Below, in pieces: positions 1 through 9,467 of a stretch of DNA of 20,000 nt. This DNA is from Chiloscyllium plagiosum. Taxonomy: Eukaryota. The notes under the pieces are model-generated. The model ran no database searches and was not told the origin of the DNA. It worked only from the letters and a program-made list of their open reading frames with translations. A program made the position numbers and the translations under genes. The DNA is taken from NCBI RefSeq assembly GCF_004010195.1, contig NC_057757.1:230163-250162 (forward strand), in the 5' to 3' direction. Positions within the stretch are counted from its first letter, which is position 1, and the number at the start of each line of letters is the position of its first letter.

Positions 1-455
1 AGGAGATTTACCAGGATGTTGCCTGGTCTGGAGGGAAGCTCTTCTGAGGAAAGGCTGAGAGACTTGGGTCTGTTCTCATTGGAAAGAAGAAGTCTCAGAG
101 GAGATTTGATAGAGACATACAAGATGGTCAGAGGATTAGATAGAATAGACAGTGAAAGTCTTTTTCCTCGGATGATGATGTCAGCTTTATGAAAGGGCAT
201 AACTAAAAATTGCGGGGTGATAGATTTAAGACAGATGTCAGAGACAGGTTCTTTACGCAGAGAGTGGTAAGGGTGAGGAATGCAATACCTGCTAATGTAG
301 TTAACTCAGCCACATTAGGGAGATTTAACCAATCCTTAGATAAGCACATGGATGATGATGGGATAGTGTCGGGAGACAAGCTGAGAATAGTTCACAGGTC
401 AGTGCAACATCGAGGGCCGAAGGGCCTGTTCTGCGCTGTACTGTTCTATGTTCTA
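1..455 (+). mobile_element. CR1-clade LINE, 3' end (ORF2 C-terminus, 3' UTR and tail), decayed
   Basis: Translates RRFTRMLPGLEG..ERLRDLGLFSLERRSLRGDLIETYK..FFTQRVVRVRNAIP with in-frame stops. Ends in GGGCCGAAGGGCCTGTT..CTGTTCTATGTTCTA, a typical CR1 3' hairpin plus short repeat tail. Confidence 0.92.
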
Positions 456-1420
456 AGCTTTCAGTCCTTTACTGTTCAAACACCTATCTGTCTTTGCCTT
501 AAATACATTCAACGAGGGAATTCCACATACCGTCCTCCCTTGGCTCCTGGATCCGTATCCTCCATGTTGAACAACGTTTGGAGGAAGCGCTGAGGGTGGC
601 AGGGTCACAGAATGTCCTCTGGGTGAGGTATTTCAGTGTCTCACCATCAGAGTAGCTCAGCAGTAGCATTACTGATGGAGCTAGGCGGGTGATAAAGGAC
701 AGAGCTGCTAGAATGGGTTTGCAGCAGGTGGTGAAGGAGTCAATAAGAAGGAGAACCAGACCTGACCTCCTCCTTCCCAATCTGCCAGCTGCAGATACAT
801 CTGTCCATGACAGTATCGGTAAGAGTGACCACCGCACAGTCCTTGTGGAGACAAAGTCTCACCCCCACATTAAGAATCCCCTCCATCGTGTTGTGTGGCA
901 CTATCACCGTGCTCAATGGGACAGACTTCAAACAGATGGAGCAACTTCACACTGGGCATCCCTGAGGCACTGAGGGCCATCAACAGCAGCAGAACTCTAC
1001 TCCAGCATAATCTGTAACCTCATGGCCCGGCATATCCCTCACTCAGCCATTACCATCAAGCCACCTGGTTCAGTGGGGAGTGCTGGACAGCATGCCAGGA
1101 GCAGCACCATGAACAATGAGGTGAAGCTAAGGAACAAGGCTAGTTACGTGCTAAACCGCACAAGCAGCAAGTGATAGACAGAGCTAAGCAATCCCACAAT
1201 CAACAGGTCAGATTGAAACTCTGTAGTCCTTCCACATCCAGTCATGAATGGTGGTGGGACAACTAAACAACTCACTGGAGGAGGATGCTCCATAGATATC
1301 CCCATCCTCAATGATGGAGGAGCCCAGCACATCAGTGCGAAAGGTAAGGCTAAAGCATTCACAGCAATCTTCAGTCAGAATTGCCGAGTGGATGATCCAT
1401 CTCAGGTTCCACTAGTGATT

Positions 1421-1526
1421 AGGAGAAAGTGAGGACTGATGAAGGGCTTTTGCCCGAAACGTTGATGTTCCTGCTCCTCAGATGCTGCCTGACCTGCTGT
1501 GCTTTTCTAGCACCACACTCTCATCT
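1421..1526 (+). mobile_element. Short Penelope-like terminal (pLTR) fragment inserted in the LINE
   Basis: 1455-1520 matches the 3' terminus of the Penelope-like element at 17240-17310 (CCTGCTCCTCRGATGYTGCCTGACCTGCTGTGCTTTTCYAGCACCAC). It interrupts the LINE frame CRVDDPSQ / PVIPSITD. Confidence 0.85.
1436..1465 (+). ncRNA. Minimal type I hammerhead ribozyme core (probably inactive relic)
   Basis: CTGATGA-A-GGGC-TTTT-GCCC-GAAACGTT: core boxes CUGANGA and GAAA, a 4-bp stem II and the palindromic ACGT stem III of minimal PLE hammerheads. The upstream stem I partner is missing. Confidence 0.75.
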
Positions 1527-2065
1527 TCATCCAGTGATCCCCAGCATCACAGATACCAGTCTCCAGCGAATTCTATTCACTCCACATGATATCAAGAAAC
1601 AGCTGGAGGCACTGGATACTGCAAAGGCAATGGGCCCCGAGAACATTCCGGCAATAGGACTGAAGACGTGTGCTCCAGATCCTGCCACTCCCCTAGCCAA
1701 GCTGTTCCAGTTACAACACCCGGCATCTACCCGACAATGTGGAAAATTGCTCAGGTATGTCCTGTACACAAACAGCAGGACACATCCAACCCGGCCAATT
1801 CCCACCCAATCAGTCTACTCTCCATCATCAGTAAAGTGATGGAAGGGGCTACCAAGCAGCATCTGCTCAGCAATAACCTGATCAGTGACGCCCAGTTTGG
1901 GTTCCACCAGGGCCACTCAGCTCCTGACCTCATTACAGACTTGGGTCAAACATGAACAAAAGAGCGGAATTCCAGAGGGAAGGGGAGAGTGACAGCCCTT
2001 GACACCAAGACTGCATTTGACCGAGTGTGGCATCAAGGACCCTGGCAAAACTGGAATCAGTGGGT

Positions 2066-2285
2066 GAAAGTGAGCACTGGTCAAGCTGATTGGGCAGAGC
2101 TGCTAAACTGGCGCTGCAGCAGGTGGTGAGGGAAAAACATACCTGACCTCATCCTTACCAAACTGCCAGCTGCAGATGTGTCCAGGAACCGTGTTCCTGC
2201 TGAAGAGCTTATGCTCGAAACATTGATTCTCCTGCTCCTCGGATGCTGCCTGACCGGCTGCGCTTTTCCAGCACCACACTCTTCG
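2066..2285 (+). mobile_element. Chimeric insertion: LINE endonuclease fragment + Penelope-like terminus, with 16-bp target-site duplication
   Basis: Flanked by ACTGGAATCAGTGGGT (2050-2065) and ACTGGATTCAATGGGT (2286-2301). 2095-2183 resembles 700-807. 2197-2285 resembles 1436-1522 and 17240-17310. Confidence 0.8.
2197..2226 (+). ncRNA. Degenerate hammerhead ribozyme core
   Basis: CTGCTGA-A-GAGC-TTAT-GCTC-GAAACATT. The conserved A of CUGA is changed to C; stem II is intact with a compensatory pair relative to the copy at 1436. Confidence 0.6.
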
Positions 2286-3139
2286 ACTGGATTCAATGGG
2301 TCAGGGGGCAAACTCTCCACTGGTTGGAGTCATACCTGGCACTTGGGAAGGTGGTGGTGGTTGTTGGAGAATCAGTCATATCAGCTCCAGGCCATCTCTG
2401 CAGGAGTCCCTCAGGGGAGTGTCCTCGGCCCAACCATCTTCAGCTGCTTCATCAATGACCTTCCCTCTATCAGAAGGTCCGAAGTGGGGATACTCACCGA
2501 TGATTGCACAGTGTTCAGCACCGTTCACCCCGCTCCCTCAGAGACTGAAGCAGTTTAAATGCAGCAAGATCTGGACAATATCCAGGCTTGGGCTGACAAG
2601 TGGCAAGTAACTTTGTACCACACAATGCCAGGCTATGACCATCACCAACAAAATCCCCTCCCTCCCCCACCGACGCTCAGTAGCAGCAGTGTGTACCATC
2701 TACAAGATGCATTACAGAAACTCACCAACGATCCTCAGGCAGCACCTTCCAAACCCACGGCCACGGGGTTTGGAGGGACAAAGGGCAGCAGATACATGGG
2801 AACCCCACCCCCTGCAAGTTCCCCTCCGAGCCCCTCACCATCCTGACTTGGGAATATATCGCCGTTCCTTCAGTGTGGCTGGGTCACGATCCTAGACACT
2901 GTGAGTGTCCTGATACCAAGATCCATCATGGTTTAAGATTGCGGGTGACCGGCACCTGCTACAAAGCAGCCAGGGCCTGGCAATAAGTGCTGACCCAGCT
3001 TGTGACACCCACGTCCCATGAACCAGTAAAACTGACCTGAAAGACCAGCATTGTCCAGTTGCTGCAGTAATGCAGGCTTACTGTGGGAGGGCAGGTCACT
3101 GTGGGACAGAACCAGACGCTGGCATCGACTTCAGACACA

Positions 3140-3290
3140 ACACTGAGAGCCTGGTAAGACCACAAGTGGTGAATGTGGCACAGTTCCGTTCTGCTTATAA
3201 TGAACAAGGTGTAGCGACATTGGTGAAGACACAAGGAAAATAATACAGCACATCTTCAGAAATGGAAGTTAGCCCTGTCAGGAAAGATTG
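3140..3290 (+). mobile_element. Very old CR1 ORF2 remnant
   Basis: SLVRPQVVNVAQFRSAY..VATLVKTQ aligns loosely with LVRPLLEYCVQFWSPSY..VVKLERVQ of the younger copies in this window. Confidence 0.5.
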
Positions 3291-3317
3291 AACAGACTGC
3301 TTTGTCTTGACAAGAGG

Positions 3318-3481
3318 GGTGGCAGGGTGGCTCAGTGGATAGCACTGCTGTCTCACAGCATCAAGGGCCTGTGTTCGATTTCAGCTTCAGCTGTCTGTCT
3401 GTGTGGAGTTTGTACATTTTCCCCATGTCTGTGTAGGTTTCCTCTGGGTGCTCTGGTTTCCTCCCACAGTCCAAAGATATA
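3318..3481 (+). mobile_element. tRNA-derived V-SINE (HE1-like), 5' half, broken by a CR1 insertion
   Basis: Box A TGGCTCAGTGG (3328-3338), box B GTTCGATTTC (3373-3382), V-domain TGTGTGGAGTTTG..GGTTTCCTCCCACAGTCCAAAGAT. Confidence 0.9.
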
Positions 3482-5348
3482 TAAGGACAGTTGAGGGGAC
3501 ATGAGATAGCTTTGGCAAATAGGGTTAAGGAGAATCCAAGGGTTTTTACAAATACAATAAGGACAAAAGGGTAACCAGGGAGAGAATAGGACCCCTTAAA
3601 GTTCACCAAGGCCATCTATGTATGGAACTGCAGGAGGTGGGTGAGATACTAAACAAGCATTTTGCTTGTTTACTGTGGAGAAGAATACAGACACTAGGGA
3701 ACTTGGGGAAATGAATAACGACATCTTGAAAAGTGTCCTTATTATAGAAGGCAGAAATGCATGATGGTGGATAAATCCCCAGGACCTGATCAGGTGTGCC
3801 CTAGAGCTCTGTGGGAAGCTAGGGAAATGATTGCTGGGCCCCTTGCTGAGATATTTGTATCATCAATAGCTGCAGGGGGTCTGTTTCAAGACTGGAGGTT
3901 GGCTAATGTGGTGCCACTGTTTAAGAAGGGTGGTAGGGACAAGCCAGGGAACTATAGAGCAGTGAGCCTGATGTCGGTGGTGGGCAAGTTGTTGGAGGGA
4001 ATCCTGAGGGACAGGATGTACATGTATTTGGATAATCAGCATGGCTTTGTGCGTGGGAAATCATGTCTCACAAACTTGATTGAGTTTTTTGAAGAAATAG
4101 CAAAGAGGATTGAAGGCAGAGCAGTAGATGTGATCTATATGGACTTCAGTAAGGCGTTCGACAAGGTTCCCCATGGAAGACTGGTTAGCAAGGTTAGATC
4201 TCATGGAATACAGGGAGAACTAGCCATTTGGATACAGAACTGGCTCAAAGGTAGAAGAGGGTGGTGGTGGAGGGTTGTTTTTCAGACTGGAGGCCTGTGA
4301 CCAGTGGAGTGCCACAAGGATTGGTGCTGGGTCAATTGTTTTCTGTCATTTATGTAAATGATTTTGATGTGAACATAAGAGGTACAGTTAGTAAGTTTGT
4401 AGATGACACCAAAATTGGAGGTGTAATGAACCGCATTTTCCATGGCTAACCCACCTAAGCTGCACATCCCTGGATTCTATAGGCAGTTTAGCATCGCCAA
4501 ACCAACTAACCTGCATATAAAGTCATAGCGATGTACAACATGGAATCAGACCCTTCGGTCCAACTCTTCCATGCCAACCAGATAATCCTAAATTAATCTA
4601 GTCCCATTTGCTAGCACCCAAGAAAGTTACCTCAAATTACAACAGGATCTTGATCAGATGGGCCAATGGACCAAGGAGTGGCAGATGGAGTTTAATTGAG
4701 ATAAATGGGAGGTGCTGCATTTTGGAAAGGCAAATCAGGGCAGGACGTATACACTTAATGGTAAGGTCCTAGGGAGTGTTGCTGAACAAAGTGACCTTGG
4801 AGTGCAGGTTCATAGCTCCTTGAAAGTGGAGTCGCAGGTAGATAGGATAGTGGAGAAGGCGTTTGGTATGCTTTCCTTTATTGGTCAGAGTATTGAGTAC
4901 AGGAGTTGGGAGGTCATGTTGCGGCTGTACAGGACATTGGTTAGGCCACTGTTGGAATATTGCGTGCAATTCTGGTCTCCTTCCTATCGGAAAGATGTTG
5001 TGAAACTTGAAAGGGTGAATAGTCAAGGTCTTTTTCCTCGGGTAAGGGAATCCAGAACTAGAGAACATAGGTTTAGGGTGAGAGGGGAAAGATTTAAAAG
5101 AGACCTAAGGGGCAACCTTTTCACACAGAGGGTGGTACGTGTATGGAATGAGCTACCAGAGGAAGTGGTGGAAGCTGGTACAATTACAGCATTTAAAAGA
5201 CATCTGGATGGGTATATGAATAAGAAGGATTTGGAGGGATATGGGTTGGGTGCTGGCAAATGGGACTAGATTAATTTAGGATTATCTGGTTGGCATGGAA
5301 GAGTTGGACCGAAAGGTCTGATTCCATGTTGTACACCTCTATGACTTT
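3482..5348 (+). mobile_element. 5'-truncated CR1 (HER1-like) LINE, RT domain to 3' tail, decayed; interrupted at 4432-4620
   Basis: KSPGPD, WRLANVVPLFKKG..NYRAVSLMSVVGKLLE, QHGF..SCLTNL, DFSKAFDKVPH, GVPQGLVLG, FVDDTKI, LVRPLLEYCVQFWSP, FTQRVVRVWNELP. 3' UTR ends ..CTCTATGACTTT. Confidence 0.95.
4432..4621 (-). repeat. Inverted insert: copy of the CR1 3' end (4519-4621) plus V-SINE body segment (4432-4518)
   Basis: Reverse complement of 4519-4621 matches 5246-5348 with about 4 mismatches in 103 bp. 4432-4518 reads ATATGCAGGTTAG..GGGATGTGCAGCTTAGGTGGGTTAGCCATGG on the minus strand. Confidence 0.88.
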
Positions 5349-5369
5349 GAAATCATTCAGAGCCAGTGT

Positions 5370-6325
5370 ACTGCCATGAAAGATTTACTGGGATGTTGCT
5401 GGGAACGGAGGGTTTGACATTTTGGACCTTTTTCACTGGAGCGTAGGAGTTGAGGGGTGACCTTACAGGGATTTGTAAAATCATGAGGGGCATAGATAAG
5501 GTGAATAGCAAGTGTCTTTTCCCCAGGGTGGGGGATCACAGGACAAGGGAGCATATTTTTTAAGATGAGAGGAGAAAGATTTAGAAAAGATATGGGGGAC
5601 AATCTTTTAACAGAGAGAGTGGTTCATATGTGGAATGAACTTCCAGAGGAAGTGGTAGATGTGGGTCCAATTACCCCACTTAGAGTCTTAGAGTCATAGA
5701 GATGTACAGCATGGAAACAGACCCTTCGATCCAACCCGTCCATGCCGACCAGATATCCCAACCCAATCTAGTCCCACCTGCCAGCACCCAGCCCATATCC
5801 CTCCAAACCCTTCCTATTCATACACTCATCTAAATGCCTCTTAAATGTTGCAATTGTACCAGCCTCCACCACATCCTCTGGCAGCTTATTCCTGTTCAGC
5901 CTCTCCCTGAAGCTCAAACCTTCCAACCCTGGCAACATCCTTGTAAATCTTTTCTGAACCCTTTCAAGTTTCACAGCATCTTTCCGATGGGAAGGAGACC
6001 AGAATTGCATGCAATATTCCAACAGTGGCCTAACCAATGTCCTGTATAGCAGCAACATGACCTCCCAACTCCTGTACTCAATACTCTGACCAATAAAGGG
6101 AAGCATACCAAACGCCTCCTTCACTATCCTATCTAACTGCGACTCCACTTTCAAGGAGCTATGAACCTGCACTCCACTTAAATGACGTTTGGATAGGTAC
6201 ATGAATAGGAAAGGTTTGGAGGGATATGGGCCAGGAGTTCAGAGGAAGGCTTGGTTTAGTTCGGGATTATGGTGGGCATGGACTAGTTGGACCGAAGGGT
6301 CTGTTTCTGTGCTGTGTGACTGTGA
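5370..6325 (+). mobile_element. Older CR1 3' fragment split by a nested minus-strand CR1
   Basis: 5370-5682 gives FSLERRS*GVTL..KIMRGIDKVN..WNELPEEVVD. It resumes at 6181 (..LDRYMNRKGLEGYG) and ends GGACCGAAGGGTCTGTTTCTGTGCTGTGTGACTGTGA. Confidence 0.85.
5683..6173 (-). mobile_element. 5'-truncated CR1 LINE with 7-bp target-site duplication
   Basis: Minus-strand ORF GVQVHSSLKV..LVRPLLEYCMQFWSP..RFTRMLPGLEG..GRWD, tail CTCTATGACTCTAAGACTC. CCACTTA occurs at 5676-5682 and 6174-6180. Confidence 0.92.
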
Positions 6326-6439
6326 AAAATAATCCAAACAGTGAATTCAATCTCAATCCCAAGGTGGGGTGGAATAAAAAGGGAAGAATATGGTCCTTTG
6401 TAGCCTCTGTCTGACTCGATCCATTCCGGTGTAACTGAG

Positions 6440-7435
6440 TTCAGTTCAGGATAAAGATACCAGCCTTGAACAGGGAGGAGGGCTTGTTTACCAGAATAAT
6501 CCTGGGGTTGGAGAGTATTAACTTAGCAGCACAGATAGTACAAATCAGGTTTATATTCTCATGAGTGTAGAAGATTAAAGAATGATCAAAGAAAGAGATT
6601 TTGTATGATTGACATGAAGTTGAAACACTGTAGTTTATTCTGAAATTCGGAACTTACTCGGGTGGATTGGGAAAGTGCAATTAATGATTTGACATTAGAC
6701 GTACAATGGTGAGTATTTAAATAAAGAATATAAGGTCTCCAGCAGATATATATATTCATCTCAGGAACAATCATCTAGAGGGAAAGGTGAGTCAACAATG
6801 AAAGAAGTTAATGATTATGTTTAATCAAAGGAAGTGGCTCATTATATGGAGACCAAAAATAGCAATAAGCTTGAGGATTGGGAGCAATTTGGGATTCAGC
6901 GAAGGCAGACCACGAAACTGTAAATGAAACGGTAATTGCAAGCTAGCGAGGAATAGAGAGGCACTGTGTAAAATGAAACTGTGAAGGAAGGAGATGAATG
7001 AGGATAAACTTAGGCCCATTACAGAAAGGGGACAAGATCATTCATTGTGAGGAAAAGGGAGACATTTGTTTCACATCTGGCTTGATGGAAGAAGGTACAG
7101 GAAATATCTCAGAAATACAAGAAGAGAAAGGGACTTGTCTAACTGAAGAGCCACAAGAAATGAGTATTTGTAAAGAAGTGGCACTTGGCAAAACAGTGGA
7201 CGGAGAGTTGGTGTGTCAGGACCAGAGGAGCCACTTACAGAACAGCCACAGGAGAAACCATGAATGTGATGTATTGGATTTTCTCTGAAAGGTTTTGCTA
7301 AGGATCTCATACAGCAGTTTAGAAAACAAAATGAGAGAGGGCATGTGTGAGAGAGTGCATGTGTGAGAGAGTGTTTATCAGGAGTTTACAAGTATGCATA
7401 AGGGTTAAAAATATGGATTGACAATTGGTTAAGGA
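6440..7435 (+). mobile_element. Highly decayed ancient CR1-like fragments
   Basis: Purine-rich remnants: FTRIILGLES (about 6487), KLEDWEQFGIQRRQT (about 6865), DVLDF..GFAK (about 7268, compare DFSKAFDK). Boundaries are uncertain. Confidence 0.5.
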
Positions 7436-7444
7436 CCCTTTTTT

Positions 7445-9380
7445 AAAGAGGTTAAACAGACCATTTGGCCCAGCCTGTCCACACTCACCCTCTGGTGATC
7501 AATCCATCCATCCCTGAACTCTTACATTTCCCATGGGTAACCTGTACATCCCTGGGCACTATGGGACAATTTCTCTTGGCCAATCCACCCTAACCTGCAC
7601 ATCCCTGGGGACAAAGGGACAATTTCCCATGACCAATCCACCCTAACCTGTACATCCCTGGACATTATAGGACAATTTCCCATGGCCAATCCACCCTAAC
7701 CTGCACATCCCTGGGGACAATTTCCCATGGCCAATCCACCCTAACCTGCACATCCCTGGGCACTATGGGACAATTTCCCATGGCCAATCCACCCTAACCT
7801 GCACATCCCTGGGGACAATTTCCCAAGGCCAATCCACCCTAACCTGCACATCCCTGGGCACAATGGGACAATTTCCCATGGTCAATCCACCCTCACCTGC
7901 ACATCCCTGGGGACAAAGGGACAATTTCCCATGGCCAATCCACCCTCACCTGCACATCCCTGGGCACTATGGGACAATTTCCCATGGCTAATCCACCCTA
8001 ACCTGCACATCCCTGGGCACAATGAGACAATTTGCCACGGCTAATCCACCCTAACCTGCACATCCCTGGGCACTATGGGACAATTTCCCTTGGCCAATCC
8101 ACCCTAACCTGCGCATTCCTGGGGACAAAGGGACAATTTCCCATGGCTAATCCACCCTAACTTGCACATCCCTGGGCACTATGGGACAATTTCCAATGGC
8201 CCATCCACCCAAACCTACATATCCCTGGGGACACAGGGACAATTTCCCATGGCCAATCCACCCTAACCTGCACATCCCTGGGGACAATTTCCCATGGCCA
8301 ATCCACCCTCACCTGCACATTCCTGGGCACCATGGGACAATTTCCCATGGCCAATCCACCCTAATCTGCCCATCCCTGGGCACAATGGGACAATTTCCCA
8401 TGGCCAAGCCACCCTCACCTGCACATCCCTGGGCACTATGGGACAATTTCTCTTGGCCAATCCCCACCCTAACCTGCATGTCCCTGGACACTATGGGACA
8501 ATTTCCCATGGCCAATCCACCCTAACCTGCACATCCCTGGGGACAAAGGGACTATTTCCCATGGCCAATCCACCCTAACCCGCACATCCCTGGGCACTAT
8601 GGGACAATTTCCCATGGTCAATCCACCCTCACCTGCACATCCCTGGGGACAAAGGGACAATTTCCCATGGCCAATCCACCCTAACCTGCACATCCCTGGA
8701 CACTATGGGACAATTTCCCATGGCCAATCCACCCTAACCCGCACATCCCTGGGCACTAAGGGACAATTTCCCATGGCCAAGCCACCCTAATCTGCACATC
8801 CCTGGGCACTATGGGACAATTTGCCACGGCCAATCCACCCTAATCTGCACATCCCTGGGCACTATGGGACAATTTCCCATGGCCAATCCACCCTAAACTG
8901 CACATCCCTGGGCACAATGAGACAATGTCCCATGGTCAAACCACCCTAACCTGCACATCCCTGGACACTATGGGACAATTTCCCATGGCTAATCCACCCT
9001 AAACTGCACATCCCTGGGCTCAATGAGACAATTTCCCATGGCCAATCCACCATAACCTGCACATCCCTGGGCACTATGGGACAATTTCCCTTGGCTAATC
9101 CACCCTAATCTGCATATCCCTGGGCACTATGGGACAATTTCCCACGGCCAATCCATCTTAACCTGCACATCCCTGGACACTATTGGACAATTTCCCATGG
9201 CTAATTCATCCTGACTGGCACATCTTTGGACTGTGGGAGGAAACCAGAGCATGCGGAGGACGCCCGCGCAGACACGGGGAGAATGTGCAAACTCCACACA
9301 GACAAGTTGCCTCAGGCTAGAATCAAACCTGCGTCCTTGGCGCTGTGAGCTAGCAGTGCTAACACCTGAGGCAACATGCC
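7445..9380 (-). mobile_element. V-SINE (HE1-like) with massively expanded internal tandem repeat
   Basis: tRNA-like head and V-domain at about 9225-9380 on the minus strand. CR1-like 3' end (GTGGACAGGCTGGGCCAAATGGTCTGTTT) at about 7445-7490. The array lies between them in register. Confidence 0.82.
7540..9224. repeat. 53-bp minisatellite (45-bp deletion variant), about 32 units
   Basis: Unit CCCTGGGCACTATGGGACAATTTCCCATGGCCAATCCACCCTAACCTGCACAT. Confidence 0.97.
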
Positions 9381-9467
9381 AAGGCCACATTAAAATCTTC
9401 ACAGGGAAAGGTGAAACAAAGGGCTGAATACACAATGAAAACAAATTGACTCATAAATCGAATCTCC

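Larger units (their letters stand above)
520..3030 (+). mobile_element. Decayed non-LTR retrotransposon (CR1/L2 group) ORF2: APE endonuclease + reverse transcriptase + 3' UTR, interrupted by two insertions
   Basis: Endonuclease motifs TYRPP and GLQQVV..PDLLL..GKSDH. RT motifs WKIAQVCPVHK..PISLLSIISKVME, QFGF, AFDRVWH, GVPQGSVLGPTIFSCFINDL, LTDD, QQDLDNIQAWADKWQV. Many frameshifts and stops, and an internal deletion near 2650. Confidence 0.9.

Noticed and set aside
3070..3243. Short ORF with a CTG|GTAAGA donor-like site as a host exon
   Set aside because: The translation LVRPQVVNVAQF matches decayed CR1 ORF2.
3318..3390. tRNA gene (also the heads near 12287 and 14397)
   Set aside because: The A/B boxes belong to SINE heads followed by a V-domain; no complete cloverleaf is evident.
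3761..5269. Functional reverse transcriptase gene
   Set aside because: 5'-truncated, frameshifted, internally deleted and interrupted.
7335..7375. Short GCATGTGTGAGAGAGT duplication
   Set aside because: Two-copy low-complexity slippage inside an old LINE remnant.
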